A DNA stretch of 64,000 bases from Lama glama (lineage: Eukaryota), in assembly GCA_028534125.1 (NCBI GenBank), contig CM052841.1, positions 21,824,001 through 21,888,000 on the forward strand. Direction: 5' to 3'. Below the pieces are notes generated by a model. It was not told the origin of the DNA. It searched no databases and worked only from the letters and a program-made list of their open reading frames with translations. Made by a program: the position numbers and the translations under genes. Positions 1 to 11,690 of this stretch are shown here, one piece after another; within the stretch, counting starts at the first letter, position 1; the number at the start of each line of letters is the position of its first letter.

Positions 1-170
1 TAGTTCTCATTATTCATGAGTTCTATATTTATGAATTCACCTACTTGTTAAAGTTTATTTGTAACCCCCAAATCAGTACTCATGGCATTTGCATGGTTAT
101 TTCACAGAGTGGTCAAAAATTCTTGTCACCCAACACATGTGTTCCCAGCTGAGGTCAGATAAGGTGACCA
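1..170. mobile_element. TcMar-Tigger DNA transposon fragment (MER82-like), running off the window start
   Basis: 'ttctcattattcatgagttctatatttatgaattcacctacttgttaaagtttatttgtaacccccaaatcagtact...gttcccagctgaggtc' matches the recalled terminal region of MER82-type elements, with CpG decay. Confidence 0.7.
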
Positions 171-739
171 GTTCATGCAGTTGTTGTAATGACAATAAGA
201 AGTTCAGATATTTGATAAACTTATGACCAAGTGTAGTTTTACTCATAGTAAGAGATTGCTCAGCCTCTATTCAGTCTGATAACCACACAGGTTAATAATG
301 GATGCTGTGAGGAATGCCAAAACAAAACTGTGGCTGGATCAGTGTAATGCCATTGCTACTTTCTGGAAACAACTTAAATTGCATTTACTAATGATGGATT
401 AATTCATGGCATATTTATGTCTGAAGGGCTGTATAGTAAAGATAATAATATAGTATCGAAAACTAAAAGAAGAAGAGCTCATAGTCTGGTTAATTGCCTT
501 CCAGATTTACCAAACTCTGAAGGGTTTCTCTTTTACTGTGTCTTAGAGAAAAAAATAAATAAATAAAGTCCAAGAATAACTATGTTCTTCTTTGAATAGG
601 AATTGTTTCAAAGAAGACAGATTATTCACTTCAGAAAGTTCTTACAGAAAAGACAGTTGGGCTGAGAATGTAGAAATGTAATTCTTCTGGTCCCTGAGGG
701 GCTTAAGGAAAATAACTAAACCAGTTATGAAGTTGGTGC

Positions 740-880
740 TTGCCTCTGTGGACTGTCATTCAGGAGAGGGATGAGACTCTTTCTGTGTTAGTTCTGACAG
801 CCCAATGACGTTCAGAAAGTGGCAGATTTTTGGATTGGTCCCAGGAAGAACTCTGGAATGATCTCAGCTTCCTGAAAATC
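740..880 (+). mobile_element. L3/CR1 LINE 3' fragment, highly diverged
   Basis: 'ctgtcattcaggagagggatgagactctttctgtgt...ggcagatttt...aggaagaact' resembles the CR1/L3 ORF2 end. Confidence 0.45.
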
Positions 881-1050
881 ACCAGGGCAAATTTAGGAGC
901 TAAAAGAGCAATCATTCTCTGTGGGTCCTGGAGAGGCAGAGTATGCAAACATTGGATAGAAGACACAGAATGATGGTGTCAGAAATGGTGCGATACTATA
1001 ATATATTTATCTACCTTTATTCCCACTTAAATTTATTTTTAATTTTAAAA

Positions 1051-1120
1051 AAGTCACTACAGGAATAGTCTCTTACTGTGTCTAAGTCACCAGAGGAATA
1101 GTTTCTCGCTATTTCTAAGT
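1051..1120. repeat. Diverged 33-bp tandem duplication
   Basis: aagtcactacaggaatagtctcttactgtgtct (1051-1083) and aagtcaccagaggaatagtttctcgctatttct (1084-1116) are 26/33 identical and followed by aagt. Confidence 0.8.
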
Positions 1121-1759
1121 GGGTTTGAAGTACCCTGTTCCCCAGAGTGAAGGCTTGTACAATATTGTGTTGTTGACATCCTTAGCATTAGTGTCAGGGA
1201 TAGTGTCCATCCCTTTCTCTTTCTGCTCTCTTCCTTTGCAGATATGGATGAGGCCACTGAGAAAAAATGCAGCTTGTCCTTTAAAATATTCCTACATAAC
1301 TTTGTCTTAATGTGTATGTAATTTTTACATTTGTTACTTGGTCTTTTCCAAAGTCATGTGTGGTGAATACCTGTTAAATGGTGGGTGTAATAGAGAACTA
1401 AAATTCCCCCTCCCACAGACAAGCTATAAATAAGATATAAGCCCTTTATTAATGATTAAATCTTAGGTTTATATTATTGAGTTACAGAGTAGTGAATATA
1501 AACATGAACACTTAGCTATTGATGTGGTATTAATAATTATCCTCATCTTATAAATTTCAATATCTAATAATATCTAATACTCTGCAGTAAGTCTTATCAG
1601 TGCTGTAGCTAATCACAGAACAATTCATAATTCAAAGTCATTTATTCTAATTTTAAGTAATCACATCTGAGATAATTGTTAAACCATGCAGAGTCTTTCA
1701 TAGAAGATAATGCAAAATTTCCTTATTTTAATATATTCCTTTTTACTTTTGAAATGTGC

Positions 1760-2230
1760 ATAAATGATACATAAATGCATTCTCTTTGAAAATACTTCAA
1801 ACCATGTAAAACCAAAACAATGAAAGATGATCTCCATCACCTCATACCTCAGAAGTGGCACTTTGCTCTGTGTCTTTCTAAATCTTTTTCAGTACTCTGT
1901 AGTTGAATAGCTGTGGAACTCACACATACGAGTTTATAGTTTAAAGCTTGTTTTGCTTTAACCAATAGAATCATATTATATGGATAGTTCTGCGGTGTGG
2001 GTTTATTTTTACAGAACAATATCTTGCTTGTGTTTCCATGTCAGAACATATGGATACCACTGTGAGGCTACGTTGTAATCTGTTGTATAATGCACTATAG
2101 TTTATTTTATTGTTACTGAATGTTGGATACAATGCTACTATAGAGCGTACTACAAACACCTTTAAAGATGCCTTTTGAATGCACATGGTAAAATTGTTTT
2201 GGGATTGTCAACTGGAAGTAGATTCAGTTT
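1760..2230 (-). mobile_element. Old L1 (L1ME-type) 3' fragment
   Basis: Degenerate antisense L1 3' motifs: 'aatagaatcatattatatg', 'tttccatgtcagaacatatgga', 'aatgctactata', 'ctggaagtagatt'. Confidence 0.55.
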
Positions 2231-4380
2231 CATTTAAACTAATATCAGTATGGAGCCAGAGGTAGATTATACATACAGACTTATCAAATGAAAACTACTG
2301 TTTATCAATTCATGTCACCAAAGTCATCTGAAATATAATACATTGCAAACATTATTTCATAGTCTGAGTTACATATTCATACATTTATATATTCATGAAA
2401 AGTTATTTTATTGAATATTTTTTAGATTTACTCAGGATTCACTTTACCACTTGTTGCCTGATGCACTTTTAACCAGAACTTTTTCTTGGTGTTGGGTGTT
2501 TTTTTGAAGTAATTTTCAGGAGAGTTACCTTTATAGACATTGTGTAGATGTTTCTGGTGAGAGAGAGAAAAGATACATGTAACTAAAATTCACTTCTAGG
2601 GTAAATCCTAATCCAACAGAGATTTAAGGATGGAGAAAGCATTTAGAGTCATCATTAAGCACTTTTTTTAACCACTGGTACCTCCTTGTAGAGAGCTGTT
2701 TTCCCTTATGTCAGTCACTCCTACAAAAACAACACTGTGTAATAGACATAGAAACTCACAAAGACACTTAAATACCTAAAAGGTAATAAAACAGCAAATG
2801 TTAAACCTTTAAAATTAATAAATTGGTACAAAGTTTAAATGCCATTGGTTTGAGCATATGATGATTCCCAAACAGAGTCATGGCTGCAGCATTCAGTTCA
2901 GACAGTGTAATAGCAAAGATAGGTAAGTACATACTTGATTTGGGACCAAGGCATATTGTCACTTGTTAGGCTGATTTGAATAGATGGGGCCACTTGTCCC
3001 CTCTAGCAGCATCTCAGATTATAATCCAGTGAAGATGAAGCTTTCAGAAAATTAGGCCAGTTGATTCTCAGAATAAATGTACCAGGCTTTGATTTCCTAA
3101 CAAACGCGTTTCTTAGTATCGATTCATTTGGCACCCAGCCATGGTGTTGGGGATGAGCATGCAGTTGGCAGATGCTGGCTGTATGCACCTCTCAGTAATT
3201 TCCACACTATCCTAGGTTGGTATCAGTTGGAAGAAGTACAGCATGAGGACCTGATTCTGATGCTTTTGGCAAATAGAAGTTACTGTGGCACTGATTCTTT
3301 ATAGCTTCCTCGTGGGGCAGGCTTGCCTGGGTTAGCCATTGTCTCTGGTAACCTGCCAAATGCTCCTCAGAGGATTGTATTGTGGACACAGAATTTACTT
3401 TGTTTTCCTTCAAAGAGGAAGCTCCTGGCCTGCTGGCCTGGAGGTGTGGAGCCACACTTTGTCATGGTGAGAGAGTTTACGGGGAGAACCATCTCCCTTT
3501 TTGTGTGTCTTGGGATCTGCAGCGTGCGGGAATGTAGAGAAAGGTGGAGAAGAGTACCACTTGTCCTTACAGGTTCCACCAGCAGAAGTGCCCCAGAAGA
3601 AGTTTTCATTGTCCTCCCATCTCAACAGGCTTCCCTCTCAGATACTGCATTCGGATTTTAGTCTTGTCCCTCTGTTGTCCAGGTGGGAAGCTTCTGGATT
3701 TCCCTTGACTTACTCCTCTGTCTTGCCTCTCCTGACCTTTGCAGTCCCACATCAGAATGTTACACAGTCACCCTTGTTTTTCCCCATGTCTTTCCATTTG
3801 CTACCAATACCTTAATTGAGCAGTTTCCTTCTTCCTATTGCAGTAGCTTTTCACATGATCTATCCACAGTCTTTCTCCTGCCCCCTCACTTATCACAGGT
3901 ACGGCTTCCTCTGATCCTAGACTCAAGTTCATACACTAAACTTGGCATTAAGAAAAAAAAAAGCATGTTCTTTATTGTTCTTTGAAGTCACACGGCAAAA
4001 CATACAAAATGACTACATTAGAACATGAAATACAAATATGTTTACTGGGTGAATTATGTAAAGGAAACACGTTTAATAATTTAGATACAAAAAGGACTAG
4101 TTAACATTGTTAAAGCCCAATCTTGCTGAAATTTAAGTGGAATACTGTGTTCTATCCCTTTTTTTCTCTTTCACCCTCCTCGTGTGCTACTCATCCACAT
4201 CACCTTCACCTTCTGTTGATTACTTTATAAAAATAACATATGCAGGTGGCAAGTCCTGCCACTATTGGTGATAATAATAATACTTTAAAAATTCAGTCAC
4301 TTGGATAGAGACAGGCTAGTTTTAGCTTTTGGCTTTTTTCTTTGAATCGAATGATCAGCTTTTTTCCCCTTATGCTATAG

Positions 4381-4424
4381 GGGTTGTATTATCAAAAAGA
4401 AAACAGCTTTTATTGGAGGAAAAG
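4381..4424 (+). CDS. Candidate 44-nt internal exon of an unidentified host gene; most protein-like frame (x)VVLSKRKQLLLEEK, phase 1 to phase 0
   Basis: Acceptor cttttttccccttatgctatag|, purine-rich body and strong donor AAG|gtaagg. All three frames are open, so the frame choice is inference. Confidence 0.5.
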
Positions 4425-5229
4425 GTAAGGAATTATGTTGATTTTACTTACTATAAGCAGTGTAGTCTTTCAAATATTTTACTTGTTCCATGAGAAATTT
4501 GAATGTCCCAGTAGCTATATTAAAGAAAAAAAGAATAAACCATGAATTTAGGTTGAAGGACTCATATTTCAACTTTAAAATATAAAACCATCATGAACAT
4601 TGATGTGGAAAAATTTAAGGTAATTACCTAAGTTTAGGAAAACTTCCATTCAGAATGGTAACAGTTGGCAAATAGAGTTCTTTTTCGGGGCTTGTTTTTA
4701 TTCACCCCCTCCATCTAAACTAGATCACTTCGTTTGTATAGTTTAATAAAATGTTCAATGGAAAGTTTTTTTAAAAATTAGAAAATAAAGCTCTTCTGAA
4801 AACTGTGTAAAATAACGGTACAACTAGACTGAATGGAGTAATGTTCAGGTGGCTTAAAATAGTGAAGGAAGGCAAGAAGTGTGCCAAAGCAGTGGCTTGT
4901 CAAAGGGCTACTGCATTGAAAACTTAGGAGGAATGCCTTTAAATGTTGCTCTGCGATGTTTAACATAGCCACTTGTTGTATGACACATGGTGCTGTTTTA
5001 CTGTGCATATTAAGTGGTTCAGTTTTCATTTTGCCTAACAGTAGTGGAAAGAGGAAAAGCACTATCCCACCCTTGTCTTTCACTTGGATTCCGACCTCTG
5101 TAGGAGACCATGTGGTGTGGACAGGACACTGGTCTGGGCATCAGGATCCTGTCCTAGCATCAACAGTAAATGGCAAAATGATGTTAACCAAACCAGTGTT
5201 TCAGGTATTTTTCCTCTGAGGACTGAAAT

Positions 5230-5640
5230 TGATAATAATAGACCATTTATTGTGTGCTTGCTGTCTACCATTCCTATATTAAGCACTCTACAAAAATATC
5301 TCTTGCTTTTTATAGCAATACTGTGTAGTATTTTTTTTTCCTTAATAGAGACTAAGGTTCAGAAAGTTCCCTGTCCACACAACTAATAATAATAATAATA
5401 ACTAAAAAAAAATAGGATTCCAAAAACTGTGCTACTGTGCTAAAATACTTAAAATGCATATTCTCCCACTTATAAGTCACTTTTTTCTACGTCTGAGCCC
5501 ATTTAATCTAAGCACTACTCCTGATGGGTAGGTAGAGAATTTTTTCTCTCATTTTACTAATGAGCCTGAGGTAAAGTGAGACTTACTAGCTCATCTCACA
5601 ATCAGAGCTGAATATAAAGCTAAGCTTGTCTTATTCAACA
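5230..5640 (-). mobile_element. Two adjacent MIR fragments separated by (TAA)n and an A-run
   Basis: 'ataataatagaccatttattgtgtgctt...gagactaaggttcagaaag' and 'atttaatc...ctcattttactaatgagcctgagg' match the antisense MIR tail and core. Confidence 0.55.
5384..5401. repeat. (TAA)6 microsatellite
   Basis: Read directly. Confidence 0.9.
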
Positions 5641-6079
5641 TTAGTATTGACATTTTCGATGTGGGAAATACCCTGAAACATTTTTTTCTGTACATTATCT
5701 GTACAAGGAAGGAATAGGTATGGTTCAAAGAGAGAAAATGTCAAGTGATTAGGAGAAAAATATAAGACATTCAAGGGTGCCTTTTATTTCTATGAATTAT
5801 TGACAAACCGTTTACTGTAGGGTTATTTAGTACTCTCAGCCTTCAGGGTTTCTTAGTAAAATAGAGTTAAAGAGTGATGATCACAATTGGATTGTTTTGT
5901 TAACTTAATGTTTCTGTTTAATTTTACTTTTTAAATGCCACGTTCTATGAGGGATGCCACGCTGCTCACATCATGTTGATTCTGTGTCTTTGTGGTCAGA
6001 GACTTTCATACAATAATGAGAGCTTTCATACGAGCTTCGAGAATCCACTTTGTTTCAGGCATCATGTTACGTGTATGTC

Positions 6080-6250
6080 ACGTATTAGCTCAGTTTATCC
6101 CTATGGTAAGTCTTTGGGTTGTGTCATATTTCCCACAATTTACAGATGCAGAAATTAAAGTAAGAGGTAATGCCCAAAACCACAGTGTAGAGCAGAGCCT
6201 GACCTTGAACAAACTCAGACTTTAGAGCCCATGTCCTTCCCTCTACTAAG
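6080..6250 (-). mobile_element. MIR SINE
   Basis: Core 'cccacaatttacagatgcagaaattaa...tgcccaaaaccacag...cagactttagagcccatgtccttcc'. Confidence 0.7.
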
Positions 6251-7834
6251 CAGCTGACCTCTGTGAAGGAACCTACGAACCACATAGTCTTGCGGCCCTA
6301 TCAGTGTGCCAAGGTCCCAGACCCAGCCAGGAATGCGTATATGAAGTTACAAAATTAACATGGCTCATTTTCTGGAACATCAATTTTCTCAAATAGTTAG
6401 GGGGAACAAGCATTATTTTAACATGAAAATCAGTTTGGATTTATTAAGGAGGTCAACTTAAAATTCTCATTCACCTTAAGAGGAAACAAGAGCTCTCAGA
6501 AGTTTTGATGTTGTTTTTATGGTTCCCTTGGGCCTTGCCCACAGATGAGCTTGATCCTCTGGCTTTAGGGATGCCACATGGAACACACTGAGAAGCCTCA
6601 TCTTCACCTGGTCCTTCCCTGGGAAGTCGTGTTGGAGCCTCACCAGTGTGTGAAATGCCTCAGCCATGTCGACGTAAGCTGCTCCTCTGTCTTTGGGCTA
6701 CTTACGCCTTCATGGTTGTAGAGATAAAGAACATATCACCCAACTCAAGAAGATCCCTGAAGAAAAGTGTTCATTAAGGCCTCCAGAACTAAGATAATCA
6801 AAAGACTATTTCTCTTCTTTTTCTTTCTTACACTTAGGTACATTTTAAACATTTTATTGACATTATCTCTTTGTCATCACAAATCTAATGGGGGTCATTG
6901 GTCGTTTATGAAACCCAGTGGAGATTTTCCTGCATTTTGGCTAATTTAATAAATGTGGACAGCTAATTCAGATCCCAGGTGCCATGCAGCAGGGGAAGGG
7001 TAAGCCAGAAGATACAGGAGAGACTCTGAGGGTCTCAAAGTGACTTTTCTAAGAATATGTCAGTCATTGAAGGGGGAAAGCATGCTTCTGTGGGTGACTA
7101 GGCAGCCCTGAAATGTGATGTTTTGCTAAGTGGCAATCCAGGGTTTGAGAATATATCATGCTCCTCTTACCCAAGTTCCTTGTAGGGAATACCTTGTGCT
7201 GTTTCTCCTCTAGCGTAAGCAAAACACTTGGTTGAAATTTCATACTATGCATTTTTTTTTCTTTTCTGAGGACAACTGAATTGCATAATTGAAATTTCCA
7301 AATTTTACTTTGAGGCTTGAATTATTTAATTCAACTATTTATATTGCTCAGGTGAATAGGGTAATAGTAAGATCTTCACTTTACTTTGTCATTGTGTAGA
7401 TAAATTCTACGTAAGAATCTAGAAATCTTGTAGAACCCTATAGAAATCCTAAGTTTTGTTCTGAGCTGTGTTGAATTAAATAACAGAAAAGTATTGTCCC
7501 AGAATGTACGGTTGCAATGTGGTATTAAAGACTGACATCCAATAATCACAGAATGTTTGCAGCCCAAGTATGACAAAAACTTTCCATGTTAACTTGAATG
7601 GGGTTATATTTGACATACGAAGATGCGGCAAAAAAGTAACCACTTCTCATGAAGTCAGCCACAACATGGGATCATTCCGTAAGGTTCTTTTTAGTGCTTC
7701 CTTAAAATTATAGATCCTAGATTTGCATCACTCTGTAAGGAAATGAATATTCACTTGTATTATTTAAACAGCCCTTCTTGACAACATGGGTACTTGAAGT
7801 GTTGATTCTATTCTCCATTCCATCTCCGTTGCAG

Positions 7835-7936
7835 ATGGCGTCATAAGCAAGGACCATTCTACTTCCCACTTATTTTACCATTGCTTTTATGAGTCATTCT
7901 ACTTCAGCCCCAGTTGGGCTTCTGTTAAGCATTCAG
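7835..7936 (+). other. Candidate 102-nt cryptic or poison exon
   Basis: Acceptor ttctccattccatctccgttgcag| and donor CAG|gtaagg. Phase 0 reads ATG GCG TCA TAA; only one of three frames is open. Confidence 0.3.
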
Positions 7937-8519
7937 GTAAGGGTTTCCTTACCTAAAGTTGCTGCCCTCCCTGTAGGGTGAAGGATTCCCAAATCAAGGC
8001 TTAAGGGGAAACTGTTCTGTGAAGAAGCTTCCCTGAAAACAGGGGTTTTATTAAGTTGGATTCAATCATAATCCAAATGATGGGCTTTGTGAATATTTAA
8101 AATAAATATTCTAATATTTAAGTTGTGAGAACTAGAGAGATAAGAGGGAAAACATGAGTATACAGACATAAAACATGACCTTTCTGGAAGGAAATTAAAT
8201 GAAAATATACAGTGTGATCTTGTAGGGCAAGGGATGGGGGTGGGGTTTGGGAGGAAGGGGAGAAGGGCAGGATGGATTTCAGAACATCAAACACCAAATG
8301 GCAATATAATACTTGGAACACTCAGTGGCATCTGGGGTTGGTTTTCCTCCTCCTGGAATTACTTACTCCCTGGAAGTAAGTTGAAAATACATTTCATCTC
8401 TTTTATGTATCTTATGACCTGGATTATTGCTACCTTCACATAAGGAACAGAAGTCTTTATATGTGCTTCACATCTCTTGTTAGGTGGGCAGACCCACATA
8501 AGATGCTATCATCAGGTAA

Positions 8520-8620
8520 TGATTTTCCTTCTCTTGGCCACTGTTCCCTTCTCTATAAAATGAGAGGGGTAAACCGAGGTGACTGCACAGATCCTTGCTG
8601 GCATTAGCATTCTCTAATTA
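8520..8620 (+). mobile_element. MIR3/MIRc-type fragment
   Basis: 'tctcttggccactgttcccttctctataaaatgagagggg...gatccttgctggcattagcattctctaatt'. Confidence 0.55.
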
Positions 8621-9134
8621 CAGACTCATGCTAACTGACTAGTGAGAGGTGTTGTTTTTTGTTCTTCTTTTCCTGTGTGTGTGTATATGTAAGAACTCTT
8701 ACCCTAACCGCTTCCCTCTTCCCCTCGTTTTGTCCCTTCACAATCCCTTTTCTTCTTCCCAGGGTTCCATCCCCAAAAGCAGTTCCTGGAGACATCCCTT
8801 CTTAGAGATTGTGTCCACCTATATGGACCCAGTCATTGTTCACATTTATAGAGGCATAGAATGGAAGTGGAAAGAAGGATCATTTTAGGTTCTTGAGGGT
8901 GGTATAGTACACTCTGTGCCATGTTCCTTCTCCAAGAAAAGACTCATCCATGCTATGGGTCTCTTTATGCTTTTTAATTATGTGCCATCAATGGTATCAG
9001 AGAGGTAGCTGTAATAGCTGGGTGATGGACAACTAGTGAGTAGGTTATGGTTATATTACTGCAGTTCTTGGTGATGAGCAGAAGGACCTCCACCTGGTAC
9101 GTGTCCATTGAAGCAGAAAATAAGTGCATGAGGG

Positions 9135-9365
9135 CTAATGGCAAACACTGCATTGATGCCGTATCACGTACAAAGGCATCTCTTCATCCTCACAGTGAAC
9201 TCGAATGGTTGACAAGAAACTGAGAAATGGTTTCTCATTTCTCAACCAAGAAATGGTTCAAGAAACTGAGGCTTCTTGAGGTTTAGTAACTTTCCCAAAG
9301 TGTCATTGTAACTAGAAGATCTGGAATTCAAACCCAGATTTTCTGACTTCAACCTCTGTGTTTTC
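9135..9365 (-). mobile_element. MIR SINE with short internal duplications
   Basis: 'agaaactgaggcttcttgaggtttagtaactttcccaaag...ctggaattcaaacccagattttctgacttc'. Confidence 0.75.
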
Positions 9366-10129
9366 TAGTGATCGTCACTGAAACTCTTTTGTGAAATGAA
9401 AAAAACAAAACAAACAAAAAAACCCATGTTTTTTTGACCCAGGGATTTCAGGTCATCTTCACAGTTGTTTCGTAGAGGTAGAAGATGGCTCTCAACATTT
9501 TCCCCTAGTTCAGTCAAGTGAGCTCAAAGAGCTGGCAAAATTATGATAATGAAGTTAAATTCACAACCCATTAAACCTAAGCCAATAGTTAAGTCCAATT
9601 ATGCTTAGCACTTGCAGCTTTCATAAATATTAAATTGTCAGGTTTAATAAAATTCAAAATTTGCTCACCCCACATACTTCCAACTTCACTGGCTTAAGCT
9701 CTGCTGAGGCATATTGTGTTGGTGAAAAGCCTTCATTCTGAAGGTGGACAGAAGAGGTCCTTTGTGGCACTTAAGTTGGAGAACATGTGCAGGTACCCGT
9801 TTTGACAGGCCAGAGGTTACCTCCATGATGCCCAGGAGAGACTTAAAAGATAAAAGTTTTGTTTTGTTTTTAAGATAACTTAGGGAGAGGCCAATTGCCA
9901 TTGCTCCTAGGTAAGCTGCTTATCTAGCCAGGCCTTTTCCCTCTCCTCTGTCTAGCCCTCAATGGCCTAGCCCTTGGGGGTCCATATTTAATGTATAATG
10001 TCACATTCTGCCATGCTTCAGGGACCACGGTCTCTTTTTGGTTGTTGTTGTTGAAAAATACAAATTTTATTTGTTGTATGAAAGGTCATATTTACTGTGC
10101 ACAAAAGCTTTCTTGATCAGTGTGAGAAA

Positions 10130-10806
10130 TCACTGTATATGTTTCAAGCATACAGCATAAAGATTTGATTTACATTTATTATGAAGTAATTACCACAGTA
10201 GGTTCAGCTAACATCCTTCTTATACAGATACAATAAAAAGGAAAGAAAGGATAAAAGGAAAAGGAAAAAAAAATCTTTTGGTGAGGTCTTTTAAGATTTG
10301 CTGTCTTACTTTTCCTATCTTTCATACAGCAGTATTGCCTATAGTCATTATGATGTACATTACATCCCTAGTACTTATTTACCTTATAACTGGAGCCTTG
10401 TGTCTTTTGACTAACTTGCTCCAATTCCCCCTCCCTGTACTTTGCCTCTGGATAACCCCAAGTCTGATCTGTTTTTCTATGAGTTTGGTGTTTTAATTCA
10501 GTAATTACCTTTCTCTTTCTGACTAACTGCCCTTAGCATAAAGGTGCCAGGATCCATCCATGTTGTTACAAGTGGTAGGATTTTTGTGTCTTTTAATGGC
10601 TGAGTAGTAGTCCACTGTGTCTGAAGGGGGGTGTACCACAACTAATTTATCCATTTATCCATCAGGGAATTGTTTTTTAAAATACATTCTCAGAAGTGGA
10701 ATTGCTGGCACATATATTAGATCTATTTTTAATTTTTTGGTAATTATCTACAGTGTTTTTCATAGTAATTTCAGTAATTTACAATTCTGCCAGCAGTGCA
10801 AGGGAC
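10130..10806 (-). mobile_element. Cetartiodactyl-type L1 3' end (L1_Art-like), 5'-truncated, with internal deletions
   Basis: 'taccacagtaggttcagctaacat...tacagatacaataaaaag...atagtcattatgatgtacattacatccctagtacttatttaccttataactgg...cagaagtggaattgctgg'. Confidence 0.85.
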
Positions 10807-10869
10807 TAAAATCTTGATTCTTACTCTTTTCCCTAAGCTGTGGCCAGTATTTCCAATAGTGCATTCACT

Positions 10870-11690
10870 GGATTTTGGTATCTAAATATATTACAGTGAT
10901 CTCAAACTAAATTTACATGTTAAGACTATACTCATTCATTCTCTCTCTTCCTGTACTTTCCACTGCAATCAATGACGCCATCATTCTCCTGGTTATGTTA
11001 GCCTGAGAACTCATAGTCACTGATTCTTCCTTTGTTCCTCATTCTGCAGAACTCTACAGGCAGTAGCTTCTGTTAATTTTACCTCTTAAATTTGATCTCT
11101 TCTTTGTTGACTTAGCTGAGGTACACATTGCTTTTGGGACCTTTGCAAGAGATCTTACCTGGTTTCTGCTCTTGGCATCTGCTCATCTATTGCCAGCTTT
11201 GTTATCATTCCCCAGTGCCTGTAGAATACAATCCAAAGTCCTTAGTATGGGCAGAGTCCCTCACTGGCCTCATCGTGGCATGCCCTCATGTCAAAGAATG
11301 CACTTTATGCTGTTCTCAAATTAAATTCCTTTCCATTGTCTATTGTCGTGCTGTTCTTCCACAGTTCTCTGCCTTATCACCTGCCATTCTTTCCTCACCC
11401 TTTCATTCAACCAATGGATGTTTATTGACTGCAAATCAGTTATTTCTCTGAAAGAGATCCTAGCTCATACATTACTTCCCCGGCTGCCTCTGATATGTAC
11501 TTGTCCCATGTTGTATACCACCATGGCACTTTGCCCCATGGTTTTACCTCTTCACACATATGCCTCCACTAATCTCCTGTGAGGCTCTTTGGATTAGACT
11601 CTATCTTACCTGTTTTTGAGTTTCTTCCTTTATAAGAGTACTTGGCACATTGCAGTAGTACGTTGTCAATGAGTTTTATTGATGAATGGA
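10870..11690 (+). mobile_element. L2 LINE 3' region, fragmented
   Basis: 'ctcaaactaaatttacatgttaagac...aatgacgccatcattctcctgg', ending in the L2 tail 'cttggcacattg...ttattgatgaatgga'. Confidence 0.65.

Noticed and set aside
1211-1320. Very strong acceptor (ccctttctctttctgctctcttcctttgcag, ending 1241)
   Set aside because: Only a weak donor follows and the peptide is unrecognisable; orphan acceptors are common in introns.
6700-6770. Minus-strand 51-nt exon-like unit (DLLELGDMFFISTTMK)
   Set aside because: It is on the strand opposite the inferred gene and resembles a decayed L2 3' end.
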